From contig JAVZLK010000001.1 of assembly GCA_038883795.1 (NCBI GenBank), positions 192,001-256,000 of the forward strand: a stretch of 64,000 nucleotides of DNA, given 5' to 3'. The DNA comes from Candidatus Bathyarchaeia archaeon (lineage in GTDB: Archaea > Thermoproteota > Bathyarchaeia > Bathyarchaeales > Bathycorpusculaceae). This document shows positions 57,609 through 64,000 of the stretch, piece after piece. Made by a program: the position numbers and the translations under genes. The number at the start of each line of letters is the position of its first letter. The first letter of the stretch is position 1. The notes under the pieces were generated by a model. The model was not told the DNA's origin. It worked only from the letters and a program-made list of their open reading frames with translations, and ran no database searches.

Positions 57609-58352
57609 TTAAGGGATTTCTATCTGCAACCCATCAACTATATATTCACGCCTTTGGTAAGTTTGTGGGCTGTACCTTCCGCCAGCCTTCTTAATTTTTA
57701 AGAAGTTCTTATCATCCTGTCTGGAAAGGTCTATAACCACTTGTGTCATGTGTTCGATTATGGCGCAAAACTCCTTTGGGTGAGCGTTTTTCGCCATTGT
57801 CCAATAGGCGAGGGTCTGGTAGGCGTACAAAGCGGGGCAAACATGCCCAAAGAAGGCTTTAACAGCGTCTCTCCCCCAATTATGCTCCATAATGGAGAGG
57901 CTGTTAAAAACAAATCTTGTTCCCGGAGTTACAAATTCTCTTTCAATTCTTCCGAAGAAGTGGTGGAAACGTTCGGGATCTTTCGAGCTTGGAACCTTTC
58001 TAATCCATGGTGGAGCCTTATCATAAAAGTCGCTGAATATAAGTTCTCCTTGTCCAGCGGCCTCTGAGAAGCAATCTAGAACCAACAGTTTCTTTTCCCA
58101 TCCTTCGGGCAGCACTTTGGTTAATGGTGCAAGCTGGAGCATTAATGCTTGAGGAGGATATATAAAATCTAAATAAATGACTTGCTTTCCTTCCAGCAAG
58201 CCTTGTCGCATAAACGAGTAGAGGAATTCTCTTGCAAAGGTTCCGGATTCAACTTCCCACAGCACATTTTCTCCAAGTAACAACCCACCGCCTAAAAGTT
58301 GGTCTAGGCTTTTTGTTCCCGTCGAGTGAAACGCTGGCTTTTCATTTTGCAA
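57609..58352 (-). CDS. KaiC/RAD55-like RecA-fold protein with inactivated Walker motifs
   Basis: STGTKSLDQLLGGG N-terminus; Walker A position reads EVESGTFAREF and Walker B position reads FVFNSL. Confidence 0.85.
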   Translation of the reverse strand: MQNEKPAFHSTGTKSLDQLLGGGLLLGENVLWEVESGTFAREFLYSFMRQGLLEGKQVIYLDFIYPPQALMLQLAPLTKVLPEGWEKKLLVLDCFSEAAGQGELIFSDFYDKAPPWIRKVPSSKDPERFHHFFGRIEREFVTPGTRFVFNSLSIMEHNWGRDAVKAFFGHVCPALYAYQTLAYWTMAKNAHPKEFCAIIEHMTQVVIDLSRQDDKNFLKIKKAGGRYSPQTYQRREYIVDGLQIEIP

Positions 58353-58427
58353 TAGAGCTGCACCACGTTTATGGTTCGTAGGCGGTGTTAAAAATGTTAT
58401 GTTGGGTTTTGAGACGTTTTATTGGTT

Positions 58428-58473
58428 TGTACACGAGTGTACATAATGCACACAACCTTTCTATATTTGAACA
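58428..58473. promoter_or_regulatory. Divergent promoter (pseudo-ATPase / gdh2) with four TGTACA-like boxes
   Basis: Perfect palindrome TGTACAC-GA-GTGTACA 58428-43, TGCACA 58447-52, and TGAACA 58468-73 directly after TATA-like TTTCTATATT. Confidence 0.78.
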
Positions 58474-58508
58474 TAGGTCTTTTTACTCTTCGGAAGGAAG
58501 TGATAAAA

Positions 58509-60284
58509 ATGTTGAACTCTGTGGAATTATCCGCACGAGAATTGGGAATGATGAAGCTTATGGTAGATTTTTTCGCTGAAAAACCAGAGCTAACAGCAAA
58601 AATAGAAAGTTACACCACAGCCCATTATGCCCTCTTAACAACATACTCTGAAAACTTTGGCATACCAATAGAAGACGCTCTAAAAGTCTTCGAAGAACTT
58701 CAAAGAAAACTAACGGAAGCAGAATACGTTCACGTAAAGGCACCAGAACCAATAAAGAAACTTTTGCCCCTAACCAGAGAAGAACTTAACATGCTCCGGG
58801 TCTTGGTTGATTATTTCGCTGAAAATCCGAAAATGGCTCCTGCCGGCTCATTCCTATCAAAAAAGGAAGATGCTTTGGCTGAGGCATACCTATGGTTTTA
58901 TGGAAACAGCGAAGGCAACGGCGAAGTAGCAAGAGAAACGTTAAGAAATTTGGTTGAGAAGCTTCAAACAGCAGTTTACATAAAGGTCGACACATTGGCT
59001 CCCGTGGCTGTCACGCCAAACCCTTACGAAGCCGCCCTTAAACAGCTGGATTTAGCCGCCGAGAAACTAAAACTCGACCCTGGAATTCACGAAATATTAA
59101 AGCGTCCCATGCGCACACTCATCGTTAATATTCCAGTAGTTATGGATGACGGCAGCATCCAAGTTTTCACTGGCTACCGAGTCCAATACAACGACGCCTT
59201 AGGCCCAACAAAGGGCGGAATACGTTACCATCCAGATCTTACGCTGGATGAAGTGACAGCCCTAGCTGCTTGGATGACATGGAAAACCGCTGTAACTGGA
59301 CTACCCCTCGGCGGAGGTAAGGGCGGCATCCGATGCAATCCCAAAGAGATGTCAAAGGCTGAACTTGAACGTCTGACAAGAGGATACGTACGGGCTATAG
59401 CAAAATTCATAGGGCCGTTCACTGATGTGCCAGCGCCTGACGTTTACACGACAGCGGAAATGATGGCTTGGATAATGGATGAATACAGCGAAATAGTTGG
59501 CTACCCAGTTTTCGGGGTTGTAACAGGCAAACCCATCAACGTTGGCGGCTCGCGTGGAAGAGGCGAAGCAACCTCAAGGGGTTTAATGTACACAGTTATT
59601 GAAGCAGCTAAACATTTGGGCATAAACCTAAAAGGTGCAACCGTGGCAGTGCAAGGCTATGGAAATGTTGGCTATCACGTAGCACGATTATTACATGAAA
59701 TTGGTTGCAAAATCATTGCAGTTTCAGATTCTAAAGGCGGTGCCTACAATCCAGAGGGTTTAAACCCGGAAAAAGTATTAGCCCACAAAGACAGGACAGG
59801 TTCTGTAGTTGACTACCCAGGTAGCACCTTCATAACAAATGAGCAATTGTTAGAGTTAGAATGTGACATTCTGGTTCCAGCAGCTTTGGAGAATCAGATA
59901 ACAAAGGCCAATGCGGACAAGATAAGCGCAAAAATTGTGGCGGAAGGTGCCAACGGCCCAACAACCCCAGAAGCAGACGAAATCCTATTCAAAAAAGGAG
60001 TCTTCGTTATTCCAGACATTCTCGCTAATTCTGGAGGCGTTATTGTCAGCTACTTTGAGCAAGTACAGAACCAGATGAACTATTATTGGACAGAAGAGGA
60101 AGTGCGAAACAAACTGAAAGAAACAATAACGAAGGCTTTCCACGACGTTCTAAACATGGCAAAACAGCATAACGTGAACATGCGCACTGCAGCCTACATG
60201 CTCGCTGTTAAAAGAGTGGCAGATGCTTTATTGGCACGTAAAGGAACCGCCTTCTCTTTAGAATCTCCATTAGCGCCTCGTTAA
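58509..60284 (+). CDS. gdhA: Glutamate dehydrogenase (GDH2) with ~170-aa N-terminal tandem-repeat extension
   Basis: Complete GDH core (KGGIRYH, MTWKTA, GGGKGG, DVPAPD, GYGNVG, SDSKG) preceded by two ~81-aa repeats. ATG 58509 follows the RBS GGAAGTGA. Confidence 0.93.
   Translation: MLNSVELSARELGMMKLMVDFFAEKPELTAKIESYTTAHYALLTTYSENFGIPIEDALKVFEELQRKLTEAEYVHVKAPEPIKKLLPLTREELNMLRVLVDYFAENPKMAPAGSFLSKKEDALAEAYLWFYGNSEGNGEVARETLRNLVEKLQTAVYIKVDTLAPVAVTPNPYEAALKQLDLAAEKLKLDPGIHEILKRPMRTLIVNIPVVMDDGSIQVFTGYRVQYNDALGPTKGGIRYHPDLTLDEVTALAAWMTWKTAVTGLPLGGGKGGIRCNPKEMSKAELERLTRGYVRAIAKFIGPFTDVPAPDVYTTAEMMAWIMDEYSEIVGYPVFGVVTGKPINVGGSRGRGEATSRGLMYTVIEAAKHLGINLKGATVAVQGYGNVGYHVARLLHEIGCKIIAVSDSKGGAYNPEGLNPEKVLAHKDRTGSVVDYPGSTFITNEQLLELECDILVPAALENQITKANADKISAKIVAEGANGPTTPEADEILFKKGVFVIPDILANSGGVIVSYFEQVQNQMNYYWTEEEVRNKLKETITKAFHDVLNMAKQHNVNMRTAAYMLAVKRVADALLARKGTAFSLESPLAPR
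59895..59978 (+). repeat. 84-bp tract shared with gdh1 (inverted repeat, copy 2)
   Basis: CAGATAACAAAGGCC...GAAGCAGAC; 82 of 84 nt identical to the reverse complement of 54803-54886. Confidence 0.92.
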
Positions 60285-60304
60285 TTTCCCCCTTTTTCTA
60301 TTTT
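60285..60304 (+). terminator. Pyrimidine/T-rich terminator after gdh2
   Basis: TTTCCCCCTTTTTCTATTTT immediately after the stop codon. Confidence 0.55.
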
Positions 60305-60307
60305 ATG

Positions 60308-60341
60308 TGTACATTTTTTGATTTTTATGAACATATTTAAA
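60308..60341 (+). promoter_or_regulatory. Promoter of the RHH regulator with two TGTACA-like boxes
   Basis: TGTACA 60308-13 and TGAACA 60328-33 (20-bp period). The second box sits at the BRE position just before TATA ATTTAAA 60335-41. Confidence 0.7.
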
Positions 60342-60376
60342 AGCAACCGTTAAAAAGAATAAACACGGGAAATGGG

Positions 60377-62329
60377 ATGTCAGTTCATCTTCATACAACC
60401 ATAACAAGAAAAACAAATGAAATCCTTGAAGAGTTAGCAAAAACCTACGGTACAAAAAGTCGTGTTCTCGAAAAAGCTGTAGAAACCTTGCTAAGAGTAG
60501 ATAAGGTTGGTTCTTGTGATGACTGCGTTATAAAAGCGAAGGTTCACGAGCAAACCAAGTTAAGAGAAGCCCTTGACCTCACATCGATTGGAAGGAGAAG
60601 CCTTGATGGACTTTTGGAAGTTGCCATCGGCAATAAAACAGTTGAAGATTTGGTTAGGGAACAAAAAGAAGAGGCAAAAAACGTTATTGAAATTCTTAAA
60701 AGCTCAGTTGCATGGAAAACTCCTTCAAACTTTAAAGAATTCCTCTTAGTTTTAGAGGAGATTAAGGGGCTCACAAACCTTTTTGATATTCCCTCCTACA
60801 GCGAAATTGACAACATGGCAGTTTTAAGACCTAAAGTCTTTAAACGCTTACCAGTTTTAGTTGCTTTTCAAATCGCCACAATCCTTGAAGGTATTGGAGT
60901 TTGCTTCGACCTTCGCGTAATGGGTGAAGATATTGCCATTAAAATGATTCGCCCCGAAGTCTATCCTCTAAAAAGGAAAGAATTTGGCGATTTTCTAAAT
61001 CAACAGATTGAAAAAGAATTAATGAACGTAACTCCGGGTTTGTTCAAAAACACTTTGATGCTTGTGGGACCAGCCTTTATGAGTTGGGCAGAAAAGCATC
61101 TGGAAGAACCTATCACGGATTTGGGGAACTTTATAGAAGATGCGAGAACCGTTCTTGGCGTTAGCGAGTTTCCAAGAGAACCAAAAGATTTCGTGAAAGC
61201 CATTCTTTCAGCCTTTGTCAAAATGAACTGGTTCAAGCAAGCAAAAATTTTGGCTGAAAAGAAAGAAAACACCTTGGAACTGGTCTTTCAAGTTACCGCA
61301 GCTCCACTAGCCAAATTGTCCGTAACCGTTCTTTCTGTTATGTTAGCAACTCGCGGATGGAAACTTCTGAACTATTCCATTGAACACACAACCGTAAACA
61401 TGGCAATCCAATTTGTAGGCGCAGAGGACCAAAGCCTCCTCGACCAACTAGCTGAATTAAGCCTCTTCCAAATAATAGGAAAACAATTTTTAGATGTAGT
61501 TCCAGTTCCTCGAGACCTCTTCAACTCCTTTGCATCAAGAGTCTATGAAAGCGATAGGCAAAAATTTGAGGAAATATACCGCGCAACCGGAGTCCGCATT
61601 TCAAATGCTATCCGTATGCTTGCAAGGAATGATGCGGAGAAAATTAACAGACTCTCTAAAAACTTTATTCTCAAGAATATTGGTGTGACCCAGCCAGATG
61701 CGGAGGTAAGGTTTGTTGATGATGAGCACTTCACTATCATATTCAAGCGTATTGACCCCCTCGTAATGAATAGTCAGCGGGTCTTGATAGAATCCATGTT
61801 TAGGGAGTTAGGCTACGAAATTACAACCACAACTTTTCAAAACCTTCTTAGTTTTAAGTTGAAACTTTTGGAAAAACCCATTTTGGAACCACTGCCGCGG
61901 AAAAAGTTGATGCAAACCCTTATTGAAGGCATGTCCTGCAACTCTGTGGAAGAAGCTTTCGCCATTGAAAAAGAACAATTGGACGAATTATTCCCCGAAG
62001 ATTATCCATGGACAATAAGGGATGTTGGCGAAAGGCTCATGAGCATGTATAGGGAACTGGGCATAGAGGTTGAAATAGAATATTTTGAAGGTGGCTTCAC
62101 CCTCAAATATAAGAGTTGCCCATATTACAAGCTAGTTAAGACCAACCAGAAGACATGGCTCTGCAGTCTCCGCAAAAAAACACTAGAATACGTCATTTCT
62201 AGGGTCAGCCACGGCAAGAAAGGAAAAATCAAAATCATAAAATCGCTTCTTCAGAATGAACACCCATGCGAATACGCCATATTTCTAACGGGCTTTCTTG
62301 AAAAGGAGGAAGAAAAAGCCAGCGAGTAA
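60377..62329 (+). CDS. Putative transcription regulator: N-terminal ribbon-helix-helix plus tandem V4R/MetOD1-like ligand-binding domains
   Basis: VHLHTTI (beta)-RKTNEILEELAKTYG-TKSRVLEKAVETLL; CDDC; C-terminal CPYY...C...CEY. Confidence 0.7.
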   Translation: MSVHLHTTITRKTNEILEELAKTYGTKSRVLEKAVETLLRVDKVGSCDDCVIKAKVHEQTKLREALDLTSIGRRSLDGLLEVAIGNKTVEDLVREQKEEAKNVIEILKSSVAWKTPSNFKEFLLVLEEIKGLTNLFDIPSYSEIDNMAVLRPKVFKRLPVLVAFQIATILEGIGVCFDLRVMGEDIAIKMIRPEVYPLKRKEFGDFLNQQIEKELMNVTPGLFKNTLMLVGPAFMSWAEKHLEEPITDLGNFIEDARTVLGVSEFPREPKDFVKAILSAFVKMNWFKQAKILAEKKENTLELVFQVTAAPLAKLSVTVLSVMLATRGWKLLNYSIEHTTVNMAIQFVGAEDQSLLDQLAELSLFQIIGKQFLDVVPVPRDLFNSFASRVYESDRQKFEEIYRATGVRISNAIRMLARNDAEKINRLSKNFILKNIGVTQPDAEVRFVDDEHFTIIFKRIDPLVMNSQRVLIESMFRELGYEITTTTFQNLLSFKLKLLEKPILEPLPRKKLMQTLIEGMSCNSVEEAFAIEKEQLDELFPEDYPWTIRDVGERLMSMYRELGIEVEIEYFEGGFTLKYKSCPYYKLVKTNQKTWLCSLRKKTLEYVISRVSHGKKGKIKIIKSLLQNEHPCEYAIFLTGFLEKEEEKASE

Positions 62330-62389
62330 AGTTAAATGAAGTCTTAGTAAGTATTAATTACTGATACTATAATATGGAAGCTGTGAGGG

Positions 62390-63367
62390 TTGCCTTTGAG
62401 TTTTGAGATGTGGGCTGAAAAATATCGACCAAAAACATTAGATGCCATGGTCAACCAAAAAGAAATAGTTGAACGCCTAAAAAGCTTCGTAAAATCAAGA
62501 AATGTGCCCCACTGCATCTTTGCCGGACCACCGGGAACTGGGAAAACCACGGCTGCCCTTTGTTTGGCGAGAGACCTTTACGGTGACGCCTATAGAGAGC
62601 ATATTATGGAGTTAAACGCCAGTGATGAACGAGGTATTGATGTTGTTCGTGAAACTGTGAAAACTTTTGCCAGGGTTAGGTCTATTGGCGAGATTCCCTT
62701 TAAAATAATGATTTTGGACGAGGCTGACAACATGACTTCTGATGCGCAGCAAGCATTAAGGAGGACTATGGAGCGTTATACAGAAACTTGCCGTTTCATT
62801 CTCTGTGCCAATTATAGTGGGAAAATAATAGAGCCAATCCAATCCAGATGTGCACCGTTTCGTTTCACTTTTCTACCCAGAGAAGAACAAGACAAATATT
62901 TGAAGCACATAGCAGAAAAAGAAGGCGTAAAACTGCTAAAAGACGGGTTAGAAGCAATTTTTGAAGTCTGCGGCGGAGACCTCAGAAAAGCAATCAACAC
63001 GCTACAAGCAGCAGCATCGCTAAACAAGCCAGTAGACGCAAAAGTTGTTTACTCAATTGCTGGAAGAGCCAATCCCGCAGATGTACAGAAAATGATCGAA
63101 ACCGCCATGAAAGGAGATTTCTTAGAAGCGAGAAAACAGTTGCGTGATATGATTCAAAAGTATGGAGTGGCTGGAAGCGACATAATCCGACAAATTCACA
63201 CTGAAATCTTTCGGGGAGACATTCCAGAAGAATGGAAAATAAAATTGGCCGACATCGTTGGCGAAATAGATTATAGGCTTGTTGAAGGTGCCGATGAGGA
63301 GGTTCAATTAAGCGCTTTATTGGCAAGACTAGTTGAGGCTGGGCATGAATTAAGAAGGGCAAGTTAG
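62390..63367 (+). CDS. rfcS: Replication factor C small subunit
   Basis: WAEKYRP, GPPGTGKT, ELNASDERG, DEAD and SRC. No intein. Confidence 0.98.
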   Translation: MPLSFEMWAEKYRPKTLDAMVNQKEIVERLKSFVKSRNVPHCIFAGPPGTGKTTAALCLARDLYGDAYREHIMELNASDERGIDVVRETVKTFARVRSIGEIPFKIMILDEADNMTSDAQQALRRTMERYTETCRFILCANYSGKIIEPIQSRCAPFRFTFLPREEQDKYLKHIAEKEGVKLLKDGLEAIFEVCGGDLRKAINTLQAAASLNKPVDAKVVYSIAGRANPADVQKMIETAMKGDFLEARKQLRDMIQKYGVAGSDIIRQIHTEIFRGDIPEEWKIKLADIVGEIDYRLVEGADEEVQLSALLARLVEAGHELRRAS

Positions 63368-63372
63368 GTGTA

Positions 63373-64000
63373 ATGGGCTTGTATGCTGCTTGGACTGTAA
63401 AGCATAAACCGAAATCCTTGGCAGAAGTTGTGGGGAACAAGGAAGCAATCCAAAAATTCACTGAGTGGATTAAATCTTGGGAAAGGGGGGTTCCAAAAAA
63501 GAGAGCCGTCTTTCTCTACGGACCACCAGGCATTGGAAAAACCGTGTCCGTAGAGGCTTTGGCTAACGATTTAAAGATGGAGCTTGTGGAAAAGAATGCA
63601 AGCGATTATAGGACAGAAGAGGCTGTAAAGCATTTTGCTGGTTTGGCTTCCCAGTATGGTTCCTTATTTGGTGGTCGGAGAATTGTTTTGCTTGATGAGT
63701 TGGATGGTTTGACGGGAACAGCCGACAAAGGAGGAGTTAAAGCAATAACTGACGTGATAAAATCCGCTCAATGCCCAATAGTTTTGATTGCAAACAACGC
63801 CTATGACCCGCGATTCACAGAACTACGTAACTACTGCCTTTTAATTGAGTTTAAGAAACCGCCAGCTGGCGAGGTTATGAAACATCTTAAGCGGATATGC
63901 GAAAGGGAAGGAATTCAAGCTGAAGAAAGTGCGCTTAAATTCATTGCTCAGCGTTCAGATGGTGATGTTCGCTCGGCGGTGAATGACCTTCAAGCTTTGG
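63373..64000 (+). CDS. rfcL: Replication factor C large subunit (3'-partial; absent from the ORF track)
   Basis: Translated by hand: MGLYAAWTVKHKPKSLAEVVGN...YGPPGIGKT...EKNASDYR...LDELDG. Runs off the window end. Confidence 0.96.
   Translation, partial: MGLYAAWTVKHKPKSLAEVVGNKEAIQKFTEWIKSWERGVPKKRAVFLYGPPGIGKTVSVEALANDLKMELVEKNASDYRTEEAVKHFAGLASQYGSLFGGRRIVLLDELDGLTGTADKGGVKAITDVIKSAQCPIVLIANNAYDPRFTELRNYCLLIEFKKPPAGEVMKHLKRICEREGIQAEESALKFIAQRSDGDVRSAVNDLQAL

Noticed and set aside
58428-58443. Resemblance of the palindrome to GlnR/TnrA (TGTNA-N7-TNACA), NtcA or NrpR boxes
   Set aside because: Length and spacing do not fit (16 bp, TGTACA-N4-TGTACA), and no such regulator gene is in the window.
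58422-58508. ORF-track N-terminal 29 aa of GDH2
   Set aside because: This stretch overlaps the operator boxes and TATA; ATG 58509 has the RBS.
1-64000. tRNA, rRNA, CRISPR arrays, transposases, integrases
   Set aside because: None recognised by eye in intergenic regions or ORFs; tRNAscan-SE and Infernal were not run.

Overview
This is an archaeal chromosomal window, most likely from a TACK archaeon of the Bathyarchaeia type. That is an inference from PolD together with both GINS15 and GINS23, a thaumarchaeosortase-like gene, and frequent TTG/GTG starts. Most of it is core information-processing and central-metabolism genes: PolD DP2, glyA, Sec61beta, porCDAB, Alba, NOB1, NAD kinase, aIF5A, SRP54-Pus10-L21e-Rpo4-DUF655-KsgA, L10e-ppsA-dph2-Csl4-Rpo11, TFS-PCNA-priL...priS-GINS15, L44e-S27e-aIF2a-Nop10-PAC2, MCM-GINS23 and RFC. 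Four things stand out. (1) A glutamate/nitrogen locus at about 54.5-62.3 kb. It holds two divergent glutamate dehydrogenases (one with an unrecognised tandem ~80-aa N-terminal repeat), a stand-alone FMN glutamate-synthase domain, a catalytically dead KaiC/RecA-like protein and a 650-aa RHH + multi-V4R-like regulator. Nine TGTACA-like boxes sit in three of its promoters, and the two gdh genes share an 84-bp near-identical inverted tract. (2) An unannotated dual-guide C/D box sRNA aimed at the 23S peptidyl-transferase centre. (3) An AT-rich glycosylation island that splits priL from priS. (4) A NOB1 gene with no canonical start codon upstream of its first PIN motif. I saw no tRNA, rRNA, CRISPR array, intein or transposase.
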